A DNA stretch of 37,933 nt, from assembly GCA_043804695.1 (NCBI GenBank), contig JAZDIV010000080.1, forward strand, positions 1 through 37,933, in the 5' to 3' direction. Position numbers and translations under genes: made by a program. Every line of letters begins with the position of its first letter. The stretch's first letter is position 1. Under the pieces are notes generated by a model. The model had not been told where the DNA came from. It searched no databases and worked only from the letters and a program-made list of their open reading frames with translations. Below are positions 7,656-15,366 of this stretch, piece after piece. The DNA is from PVC group bacterium (GTDB lineage: Bacteria; Auribacterota; Erginobacteria; Erginobacterales; Erginobacteraceae).

Positions 7656-7764
7656 ACGTCGAACGTCCAACGTTGAACGTCTAACTTCGAACGTAAGAAG
7701 CCCGGATGCCCCCCTCCTATTCAATCACATTCAATCGTCTGTTAAAAAGGGGGCGAGGTGGAGG
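7646..7764 (+). repeat. Composite repeat B overlapping the nusB stop
   Basis: (gaacgtt/gaacgtc/caacgtt)n, aagcccggatgcccccc, ttcaatcacattcaatcgtctgtt, aaaaagggggcgagg. Confidence 0.9.
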
Positions 7765-7786
7765 ATTTATTGTCTGAAGGTAGTCG

Positions 7787-8614
7787 ATGAACGCGGAAAA
7801 AACAGCCGATCTTCACATCCACACCCTGGCCTCGGATGGCGCCTATTCCGCGCGGGAAGTTCTGAACGCGGCCCGGGTGGCGGGGCTTTCCGCCATCGCC
7901 ATCACCGATCACGATTCGGTTGAAGCTCTTCCCGAAGCGATCTCTCTCGCCGAAGAGTACGGGATTGAAGTTATTCCCGGGATCGAGATCTCGGTCGAGC
8001 TGGATGCGGCTGAGATGCACCTGCTCGGGTACTTTGTCGACTATCGGGATCCCGGGTTCCGGGAGCGGCTCGCCCTGCTGCGGCGGGTCCGCGCCTGCCG
8101 GGCGGAGGCGATGCTGAAGATACTTGAAGAGATGGGGTTCCCCCTGGACATGGAGAAGCTGCTCCCCGGCCAGATGACCGGAGCGATCGGGCGACTGCAC
8201 ATCGCCCAGGCTCTTTTCCGCTCCGGTTACGTGCAAAGCCTGTCCGAAGCGTTCTCCAGGTACATCGGCAACAACGGACCAGCGTATGTGTCGAAGATGA
8301 AACTTTCCAAGGAAGACGCCCTGGCAATGATTCTCCGCGCAGGCGGGGTTCCGGTGCTGGCTCACCCGGGGCAGCTGGACAGAGATGAACTGATCCCGGA
8401 TTTGATCAAACTGGGCCTGGCCGGCCTGGAGGCGTATTACCCGTCTCACTCCCGCTTCACGACCAATCACTACCTGGAACTGGCCCGGCATTACCATATT
8501 CTGGCGACGGGCGGGTCGGATTGCCACGGGACGAACAAAGAAAAAATCCTGATCGGCACGGTCCGGGTCCCCTACCGGGTGGTGGAGGAACTGCGGGAGA
8601 GAAATAAAAGATGA
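7787..8614 (+). CDS. PHP-domain metal-dependent phosphoesterase (YciV/TrpH-like)
   Basis: DLHIHT, ITDHD, PVLAHP, TGGSDCHG metal-binding motifs. Confidence 0.92.
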   Translation: MNAEKTADLHIHTLASDGAYSAREVLNAARVAGLSAIAITDHDSVEALPEAISLAEEYGIEVIPGIEISVELDAAEMHLLGYFVDYRDPGFRERLALLRRVRACRAEAMLKILEEMGFPLDMEKLLPGQMTGAIGRLHIAQALFRSGYVQSLSEAFSRYIGNNGPAYVSKMKLSKEDALAMILRAGGVPVLAHPGQLDRDELIPDLIKLGLAGLEAYYPSHSRFTTNHYLELARHYHILATGGSDCHGTNKEKILIGTVRVPYRVVEELRERNKR

Positions 8615-8716
8615 ACATCGAACATCCAACGTCGAACTTCGAACGGAAAAAGCCCGGATGCCCCCCTCCATTCAATCACATTCAATCGTCTGTTAAAAAG
8701 GGGGCGGGGCAGGGGG
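8611..8716 (+). repeat. Composite repeat B overlapping the PHP stop and abutting the ftsY start
   Basis: Same modules as 7646-7764 with fewer heptamer units. Confidence 0.9.
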
Positions 8717-8722
8717 AGCGAG

Positions 8723-9649
8723 ATGGGGAAAAAGCTCGACCAGGGACTTGACAAAACCCGGCAGTCTTTGAAGAAAAGAATCTCGCGCTGGCTGGGCGGA
8801 AAAGGGAGGCTGCCCGCTGAGTTCTGGGAGGACTGGGAAGCCGCCCTGATCGAGGTCGATCTCGGCGTCGGGACGGCGACGGCGCTCCTCGATGCCGCCC
8901 GCGCCGCCGGCAAGAAAAACCAGACTCCGGCCGGGATCAAGGAAAAACTGGGAGAGACGCTGACCGGGATTCTGGAGAAGAACCGGAAAAAGCTTCCCGC
9001 GGGGCCGTCGCCGGCCGGGAAGCCCGTCGTGATCATGGTGGTCGGGGTGAACGGGACCGGGAAGACGACCGCCGTCGCCAAGCTGGCAGGCAGACTGGCA
9101 TCCTCCGGCGCGCGGGTCATTCTGGGAGCCTGCGATACCTTCCGGGCCGCCGCCATCGAGCAGCTGCAGATCTGGGCCGACCGGCTGCAGGTCGAGGTTA
9201 TCCGCCAGCAGTACGGCGGGGACCCGGCCGCGGTCGCCTTCGACGCCCTGCAGGCAGCCGTGTCCCGGGGCTGCGATTACCTGCTTCTCGACACGGCCGG
9301 CCGGCTTCACACCCGGGACACCCTGATGGATGAACTGGGGAAGATTTCCCGGGTATTGCGGAAGATCAAGCCTTCGGCGCCGGACGAGATATTTTTATGT
9401 CTCGACGCCACGTTCGGACAGAACGGCCTGGCCCAGGCCCGGAGCTTCGCGGAGAAATTGCCCCTGACCGGCGTGCTGCTGACCAAGCTGGACGGCACCG
9501 CCCGGGGCGGCATCGTTGTCTCCATCCAGCAGGAACTGGGTCTCCCCGTCGTCGCCCTCGGCGTCGGCGAGGACGTGGCCGATCTCGTTGAATTCGACCC
9601 GGCTGCGTTTGTCCAGGCCTTGCTCGAAGAACCGGAAGCGCTCGATTAA
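8723..9649 (+). CDS. ftsY: Signal recognition particle receptor FtsY (short, NG-only form)
   Basis: GLDKTR amphipathic start, GVNGTGKTT, DTFRAAA, DTAGR, TKLDGTARGG, GVGE. Confidence 0.96.
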   Translation: MGKKLDQGLDKTRQSLKKRISRWLGGKGRLPAEFWEDWEAALIEVDLGVGTATALLDAARAAGKKNQTPAGIKEKLGETLTGILEKNRKKLPAGPSPAGKPVVIMVVGVNGTGKTTAVAKLAGRLASSGARVILGACDTFRAAAIEQLQIWADRLQVEVIRQQYGGDPAAVAFDALQAAVSRGCDYLLLDTAGRLHTRDTLMDELGKISRVLRKIKPSAPDEIFLCLDATFGQNGLAQARSFAEKLPLTGVLLTKLDGTARGGIVVSIQQELGLPVVALGVGEDVADLVEFDPAAFVQALLEEPEALD

Positions 9650-9697
9650 GAGGATAGAGAAGACCGGAGTGCAACAATAATAATTTTATTTTATTTT

Positions 9698-9733
9698 TGT
9701 CCCTGATGTCCTTTGTGTCACTGGCGTCCCTTG
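9698..9733. repeat. 9-mer tandem array
   Basis: tgtccctga tgtcctttg tgtcactgg cgtcccttg. Confidence 0.7.
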
Positions 9734-9754
9734 TCAGGTAACAGGAAACCGTAA

Positions 9755-10993
9755 ATGGCGATGACCTCCCGGAAGCAACAAGACCGCTTGTTCATGGCCC
9801 GGGCCCTTGCTCTGGCAGTCCGCAGCGGCCGGGCGGTGCGCCCCAACCCGAGGGTGGGGGCGGTCCTGGCGCGAAACGGCCGGGTGATCGCCGCCGCCTA
9901 TCACTCCCGTTTCGGCGGGCCTCATGCCGAGGTGAAAGCGCTGCAGAAGGCCGGCCCGGCGGCCCGGGGCGCCACCCTCTATGTGACACTGGAACCCTGT
10001 TCCAGCTACGGGAAAACCGCGCCCTGCACCGACGTCGTCATCGGGGCCGGTGTTTCCCGGGTGGTCATCGGCTGCCGGGACCGGAACCCGGCCAATGCCG
10101 ATAAGGCCCCGGCGATATTCCGGAAAGCGGGGATCCGGGTCACGGTCGGCGTCCTGGAGAAAGAATGCTCGGAGCTGAACCGGGATTTTTTCACCTGGGT
10201 GGTGCGGGGGAAGCCCTACACGGTCCTGAAACTGGCCCTTTCCCTGGACGGAAAGATAGCGACCCGTACCGGGCAGTCCCGCTGGATCGGCTCGGCCGGG
10301 AGCAGGAGATGCGCCCATTTCCTGAGGAGCCGGTCCGACGCGGTCCTGGTCGGGATCACCACGGTCCTGGCCGACAACCCCCGGCTGACCGTTCGGATGG
10401 GCTATCGCAATCCCGGTCTGAAAAGGGTGGTCCTTGACAGCCGGGGGAGAATCCCGCTCTCTTCCCGGCTGGTCCGGAGGCGGGATCCGGGAAACACCAT
10501 CCTGGCCGCCACTTCCCGGGCCCCGGCTGCCCGGCTGAGGAAGCTTGCCCGAAGAGGGGTTTCCCTGCTTCAGCTCCCGGTCCGTTCCGGCCGGGTCGAT
10601 TTGAAATCACTCTTCCGGCAATTGGCCGGAGCGGGAGTGATGAGGCTGCTGGTGGAAGGGGGGGGAGAGACGGCCGCTTCCGTTCTGGAGGCCGGATTGG
10701 TTGACGAGGTCCATCTTTTCATCGCTCCGGTGATTGTCGGAGGGAGATCGGCCGTCCCCGCGGTGGGCGGTCGGGGGGTTAAAAGTATAAAAGACGCCTT
10801 TCGTTTGACTGGTCTGGTCGTGGAACGCGTGGGCGAGGATATCCATCTGCATGGCTTCATCAAGAACCGTAAAATTATTTGCCCGTGCCCCGATAAACCC
10901 CGATTAAAACTTCGGGGCGGAGGCGGGGTAGACTGTGCGAGGGCTAAGTCCCTGATTCGGAATTTCAATAACCGGATAAAATCCGGTTATTGA
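9755..10993 (+). CDS. ribD: Riboflavin biosynthesis deaminase/reductase RibD (C-terminus runs into repeats)
   Basis: PNPRVGA, HAE, TLEPC...PC, SLDGKIA, DNPRLT, LLVEGGG. Confidence 0.96.
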   Translation: MAMTSRKQQDRLFMARALALAVRSGRAVRPNPRVGAVLARNGRVIAAAYHSRFGGPHAEVKALQKAGPAARGATLYVTLEPCSSYGKTAPCTDVVIGAGVSRVVIGCRDRNPANADKAPAIFRKAGIRVTVGVLEKECSELNRDFFTWVVRGKPYTVLKLALSLDGKIATRTGQSRWIGSAGSRRCAHFLRSRSDAVLVGITTVLADNPRLTVRMGYRNPGLKRVVLDSRGRIPLSSRLVRRRDPGNTILAATSRAPAARLRKLARRGVSLLQLPVRSGRVDLKSLFRQLAGAGVMRLLVEGGGETAASVLEAGLVDEVHLFIAPVIVGGRSAVPAVGGRGVKSIKDAFRLTGLVVERVGEDIHLHGFIKNRKIICPCPDKPRLKLRGGGGVDCARAKSLIRNFNNRIKSGY

Positions 10994-11174
10994 AATTCCG
11001 AAACAGACGAAAAAGCAACCAGAATAAAATAATCAGGTTTTGTCTTATGATACCAAGGGCTTACCGTTACGGATTGAGCGGTTAGACTCGAACTAATTTT
11101 CGGATCGCTATCAATCTGTTTTATATTTATAAAGAGAAAATTCACTAAATTAGCGCCGGAGGCGCTAATTTATA
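10939..11174 (+). repeat. Leader element A, copy 3 (diverged)
   Basis: Same two hairpins as copy 2, with a compensatory T-A to C-G pair; GGA hairpin at 11146-11172 before the ribE ATG. Confidence 0.88.
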
Positions 11175-11807
11175 ATGTTTACCGGAATCATTCAGGAACT
11201 GGGGACCGTCATCCGCCGGGGGGACGGGTCCCTGACGATCGACGCCGGGCGCCTCTCCCGGGAGTGCCGCCCGGGCGACAGCATCGCGGTCAGCGGCGTC
11301 TGCCTGACGGTGGTCCGGGCGGACCCCCCGCAGTTAACCATGGATCTTCTCCTCGAAACCCGGGAGCGTTCTAACCTGGGCGTTCTGCAGCCGGGTGACG
11401 CGGTCAACCTGGAGCCGGTCCTGAAAGCGAGCGGCAGCCTGGGCGGCCACTTCGTCACCGGCCACATCGACGGCCAGGGCGAGCTGGTGTTCGGACGGAA
11501 CGCCGGGCGGGACCGGGTGCTGAAAGTCGCCCTTCCCTCCGGGCTGGAGAAATACGTGGTGGAGAAGGGATCGATCGCTCTCGAGGGGGTGAGCCTGACG
11601 GTGGCGGACATCGCCGGGAACACCGTCTCGGTTCACGTCATACCCTACACGCTTTCCCACACCAACCTGGGGGGAAAAACGGCCGGCGCCCGCTTGAACG
11701 TGGAGACCGACCTTTTGGGAAAGTACGTTATCCGTTATCTGGAGAAGAAAGACGTTCAAAGCCGTTCAATAGATAAAGCATTTCTGGAAGAAACGGGGTT
11801 TATATAA
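11175..11807 (+). CDS. ribE: Riboflavin synthase (alpha chain)
   Basis: MFTGII start, GDSIAVSGVCLTV, GGHFVTGHIDG, KGSIALEGVSLTV. Confidence 0.96.
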   Translation: MFTGIIQELGTVIRRGDGSLTIDAGRLSRECRPGDSIAVSGVCLTVVRADPPQLTMDLLLETRERSNLGVLQPGDAVNLEPVLKASGSLGGHFVTGHIDGQGELVFGRNAGRDRVLKVALPSGLEKYVVEKGSIALEGVSLTVADIAGNTVSVHVIPYTLSHTNLGGKTAGARLNVETDLLGKYVIRYLEKKDVQSRSIDKAFLEETGFI

Positions 11808-11838
11808 AAGGTTTTCTTCTACTTCACTTTTATGGCTC

Positions 11839-12045
11839 GACCTTGCTCGAAAAGCTCGTAAGTTCTCAAATCCTAATGTCTTCACCCAAAGGCTGATCCG
11901 CCTCTGGCGGAAAATACTAAATCCTAAACAATGGGGCTAAAACCGGCGATATTTTGAGCATTTGGTCATTTGGATTTAGGATTTATTTAGGATTTCGATA
12001 TTAGAATTTAGGATTTCCTGCTCGAAAACTTTTTCGAGCAGGGTC
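11839..12045. mobile_element. MITE-like element with 15-bp TIRs enclosing inverted heptamer arrays and a nested palindrome
   Basis: gaccttgctcgaaaa ... ttttcgagcagggtc (1 mismatch); internal aaatcct/aggattt arrays; no clear TSD. Confidence 0.7.
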
Positions 12046-12092
12046 TATCTCAATTGATGCAGAACGCCGGTAAAGAAGCGTTAGGGCCACCA

Positions 12093-12127
12093 CATTAGTA
12101 ATTGGTCATTGGACATTGGTCATCTGG
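12093..12127. repeat. Heptamer array (cattggt)
   Basis: cattagt aattggt cattgga cattggt catctgg. Confidence 0.7.
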
Positions 12128-12790
12128 AATTCAATAATAATTCCTGGCTGGATAAAAAAGCATCCCTTTGTCAGTTTTTTTCTCCTCTCCCTGCTGGTTC
12201 ATGCCATTGTCATTACCCTGACCGGCGGATGGGGGCGGTTGACCGGCGGTGGTGCCCGGGAACTGATCGAGTGTGATTACCGGGAGTTGCCGGAGTCTTT
12301 GGCGGAAGAAGATCAGGGCCTGTCCGGGCCGGTTCTCCCCGAACCTGCTCTCGAGGAGTCAGCGGAGCCGGAAGGAGAGAAGACAGAGCCTCCGCTCCCG
12401 GAAAAAGCGCCCGCCCGGCCCGCTGCCGCGGTGGTCCTGCTCCCGGACAGCAATCCGGCGGAGACCGGGAACGGGGAGTCCGCCCGCGCCCGGGCGCTGG
12501 AAGCCTATGTCGCCTATCTCCAGGATATTATCGATTTCCAGATTGAGTATCCCGAGCGGGCCTCACGGGAAGCTCGGGAAGGGGAGGTGACGGTGGTTTT
12601 CATCCTCAATCGGAAAGGAGAGCTCCTGGCCCTGGGTATTCCCCGTGACGGCGCATCGCCCTTTCATCCGTTTAACCGCGAGGCCCTGCGGGCCGTCCAG
12701 TGTGCCGCCCGGTATTTCGATTCTTTTCCGGAACCCCTTGACGATGAGGAGATAACCTTCCTCCTTCCCATTATTTTTTCCTTACATTAA
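12116..12790 (+). CDS. Energy transducer TonB family protein (start uncertain)
   Basis: TM helix with SLLVH, Pro/Glu linker, TonB_C-like YPERASREAREGEVTVVFIL...EALRAV...LPIIFSL. Confidence 0.85.
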   Translation: MVIWNSIIIPGWIKKHPFVSFFLLSLLVHAIVITLTGGWGRLTGGGARELIECDYRELPESLAEEDQGLSGPVLPEPALEESAEPEGEKTEPPLPEKAPARPAAAVVLLPDSNPAETGNGESARARALEAYVAYLQDIIDFQIEYPERASREAREGEVTVVFILNRKGELLALGIPRDGASPFHPFNREALRAVQCAARYFDSFPEPLDDEEITFLLPIIFSLH

Positions 12791-12847
12791 CCCGATTTAT
12801 GCCTGCCGGTCGACAGACCGGCAGGCATAAATCGGGTTGGTTTTGAA
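12788..12847 (+). repeat. Stop-codon-anchored palindrome, copy 2, with a 26-bp palindrome at its centre
   Basis: taacccgatttat[gcctgccggtc-gaca-gaccggcaggc]ataaatcgggttggttttgaa. Confidence 0.8.
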
Positions 12848-12858
12848 AGTAAGAATCA

Positions 12859-12887
12859 TTGACATTGTCCTTATTTTCAGCTAAACA
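12859..12887 (+). promoter_or_regulatory. Putative rpsU promoter
   Basis: TTGACA-17 nt-TAAACA. Confidence 0.45.
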
Positions 12888-12955
12888 CTTTCTTGTTAGA
12901 ATAAAATTTACGGTTTTATTTTTTCGAAGAAAAAATAAAAGGGGGGTGAATTTAG

Positions 12956-13129
12956 GTGCCTAAAGTTGTGTTGAAAGCGAACGAATCGGTCGATCGGGCC
13001 TTGCGGAGACTGAAGAAGAAAATGGACAAGGAAGGGATTATCAAGCAGTTGAAGAAACACCGCCATTACGAGAAACCAAGCGACCGCCGGCGGAGGATCA
13101 AGAAAAGAACCAGGCCAGCCGGCATGTAA
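12956..13129 (+). CDS. rpsU: 30S ribosomal protein bS21 (57 aa, GTG start, not in ORF track)
   Basis: MPKVVLKANESVDRALRRLKKKMDKEGIIKQLKKHRHYEKPSDRRRRIKKRTRPAGM; ALRR.KK and YEKPS motifs; GGGGGTGA SD. Confidence 0.93.
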   Translation: MPKVVLKANESVDRALRRLKKKMDKEGIIKQLKKHRHYEKPSDRRRRIKKRTRPAGM

Positions 13130-13191
13130 ACGAATGATGAGGCAGACCCGCCCCGGGCGGAAAGTTCACCCGGCGCCGGAAGGGAAGACCA

Positions 13192-13247
13192 AGCCCGCAT
13201 TACCCGTGAACCCGACGAATGCCACGGGTAATGCGGGTCTGTTTTAT
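13192..13247 (+). terminator. Putative terminator after rpsU
   Basis: cccgcattacccgtg ... cacgggtaatgcggg (15-bp stem) then tctgttttat. Confidence 0.65.
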
Positions 13248-13283
13248 CCGGTTACGGAGAGAGACGCATCGATAAAAAAGAAA

Positions 13284-13834
13284 AACGTTCAACGTCCAAC
13301 TTCGAACATCGAACGAAAAAAAGGGGCCACGGTAGAGGCCGCTAATCTTATTCAATCACATTCAAATCGTCTGTTTTATAAAGGGGGTGAGGCGGAGAGA
13401 AAAGCGAATAACGAACCGCAGAATATCGAACACCGAATATCGAAGTAAAAGAGCTGAGACAAGGCGAACCTTCAGACTTCGCTAAAGCTACGTCAGACAG
13501 GTCGAAGTTCGATGTTCATTATTCGACATTTGGTAACACTTTAGCTCTTTGAAAGTGACGACCATCTATCTCGTTACCACGCTCCGCGTGGTAACGCTTA
13601 GTTTATCGTTCCCACGCGGAGCGTGGGAACGAGGGAATGAACGTCGAACATCCAACGTTGAACATTCAACATCGAACGAACAAAGTCCCGTCGTCTGTTA
13701 AACAAAGGGGGTGAGGCGCGGGTATTTTTGTGTCTTTTGCGCCTTTTTGCGGCTGATCAAAAAGGGTGAAGCGGGGGAAACAATCAGAGTAATCTGTGTA
13801 ATCTGTGGACTTAAAAAGGGGCCGAGGTAGGGGG
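13284..13834. repeat. Intergenic repeat cluster: five AAAAGGGG..GAGG-type motifs separating different 7/9/10-mer arrays, plus REP-like palindromes
   Basis: Motifs at 13318, 13380, 13704, 13759, 13813; arrays of gaacatc, ttcaatcaca, gaatatc, ttttgcgcc, aatctgtgt. Confidence 0.85.
13570..13633. repeat. REP doublet (REPIN-like)
   Basis: ctcgttaccacgctccgcgtggtaacg-10 nt-cgttcccacgcggagcgtgggaacgag. Confidence 0.8.
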
Positions 13835-13867
13835 AGTACCAGGGAGAATAATTAGTGGATTGTAAAT

Positions 13868-14812
13868 ATGTTCGCCATCTCAACAGTCTGGAATGCCTGG
13901 CGGCATAAAGATGCCGCATCCATGGTGGATGAGCTCACGGGCCTCGGTTTCGGGAGCCTGGAGCTGAGCTTCGGCCTGCCGCTGCAAATGGTGGAAGAGA
14001 TCGGGACGCTGGTCCGGGCCGGCACGATCTCCATCAGCAGTCTCCACAACTACTGCCCCGCCCCGCTCCTGCCGGAGGGGACGAGCTTGTCTCACGACGC
14101 GCTGCCGTTGTCGAGTCTTGATGAACGGGAGAGACGATGGGCGGTCCGCCAGACCGTCCGGGCGATCGAGATCGCTTCCTCGCTGAAGGCGCCGGCGGTT
14201 GTTCTCCATCTCGGGAAGGTCCCCATCTCGCCGCTCAGCCCGAAACTGATGGCGCTGGCCGAGAACCGGGAGACACAGACCGGACGGTATCAGCGGCTGA
14301 AGGCAAAGCTGCAGAAGAAGCGGGAGGCAAGAAAACAGCCCTATCTGGAGCAGGCCGCGACCAGCCTCCGGGAACTGGTCGGCCGGGCGGAGGAACTGGG
14401 CGTCCGGCTGGGGATCGAGAACCGCTATTATCCGGAGGAGATCCCCTCGCTGGAGGAGATCGGCCCGCTGATCGAGCGGGCCGGCTCTCCCGCGGTCGGC
14501 TATTGGCACGACCTGGGCCACGCGGCGGTGAAGGAGAACATCGGATGGGAGCCCCGGGATGAATACCTGAAGCGATACGGCAAATACCTGATCGGGATCC
14601 ACATCCACGACGTCATCCTGACCCGGGACCACAAGGCACCCCTCCAGGGGGAACTCGACTATGAAGAACTGGGGGATTTACTGAGGCAGGACGTCTTGAA
14701 GGTCCTGGAAGTTCATCCCGCGGCTACCGCGGAGGAGATCCGGAACGGCCTGGGCTGCCTGCGCCGGGTGATCCAGACTCCCCGGAACGGATCGGCCGAA
14801 TCGCTTCAATAG
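13868..14812 (+). CDS. Sugar phosphate isomerase/epimerase (AP endonuclease family 2 TIM barrel)
   Basis: LGIENR, WHDLGH, IHIHD, DHKAP..G..D, VLEVH metal-site pattern. Confidence 0.85.
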   Translation: MFAISTVWNAWRHKDAASMVDELTGLGFGSLELSFGLPLQMVEEIGTLVRAGTISISSLHNYCPAPLLPEGTSLSHDALPLSSLDERERRWAVRQTVRAIEIASSLKAPAVVLHLGKVPISPLSPKLMALAENRETQTGRYQRLKAKLQKKREARKQPYLEQAATSLRELVGRAEELGVRLGIENRYYPEEIPSLEEIGPLIERAGSPAVGYWHDLGHAAVKENIGWEPRDEYLKRYGKYLIGIHIHDVILTRDHKAPLQGELDYEELGDLLRQDVLKVLEVHPAATAEEIRNGLGCLRRVIQTPRNGSAESLQ

Positions 14813-14833
14813 ATTTTTTGCAAAGCAAAAAAT
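14813..14833. terminator. AT-rich hairpin between convergent stop codons
   Basis: attttttgc-aaa-gcaaaaaat fills the whole intergenic gap. Confidence 0.45.
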
Positions 14834-15208
14834 TTACTTGTTCGTCTGCGCTCCCGCGTAGAGACCGATCCCGACCGCGATCCCGCAGATAAGGAAGACA
14901 AGGGCGACATTGTTGATCGGGGGGTCGTAATCCCGGGGCGGCTCCCCGCCGGCGCCGAAAAGCATCCCGCTGAAATAAATCCCCGCTTTCCCCAGAACAT
15001 CCAGCCTCTCTTCAGCTTCTTCCCGGCTCAAGCCCAGCGCCGTCAGGCGTCCCGCGGCCGCCCGGGCGATGCTCCCCCGGCAGGAAGAACACCGGGGGGA
15101 TGCGGCATCCAGAAGCGCCCCGTCGATCCGCCCGGGAAGCAGCGCCAGGAAGAGGCACAGGTAGCCGGTGATGACGGGGAAGGCCGGGGTTTTCATTATG
15201 TGCGGCAT
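14834..15208 (-). CDS. Hypothetical exported/membrane protein, PA2779-family-like
   Basis: Signal-like N-terminus, RLTALGLSREEAEERL motif, then GAGG and a C-terminal hydrophobic helix. Confidence 0.6.
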   Translation of the reverse strand: MPHIMKTPAFPVITGYLCLFLALLPGRIDGALLDAASPRCSSCRGSIARAAAGRLTALGLSREEAEERLDVLGKAGIYFSGMLFGAGGEPPRDYDPPINNVALVFLICGIAVGIGLYAGAQTNK

Positions 15209-15235
15209 AGGGACGTCTCGCTGTATTGGATGGGG

Positions 15236-15264
15236 ACTATAACATTACCCCATCCTCCGTTCAA
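15236..15264 (-). promoter_or_regulatory. Putative promoter for the PA2779-like gene
   Basis: Minus strand TTGAAC-17 nt-TATAGT with extended -10 TG. Confidence 0.55.
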
Positions 15265-15366
15265 GGCTGATTCTGTCTCAACATGGGTTATTTGTTAAAG
15301 ATTTTTTTATCAATAGCCCCTGATTACCCGGAATTAAGGATGGTAAGTTTTCCGAGCAAAGTATGC

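Noticed and set aside
13284..13834. CRISPR array or integron attC array
   Set aside because: Repeats are too degenerate and irregularly spaced, spacers are themselves repeats, and no cas or intI gene or attC box structure was seen. Kept only as an analogy.
13134..13919. 104-aa and 73-aa ORFs after rpsU
   Set aside because: Composed of terminator and repeat translations (NVQRPTSNIE, PQITQIT).
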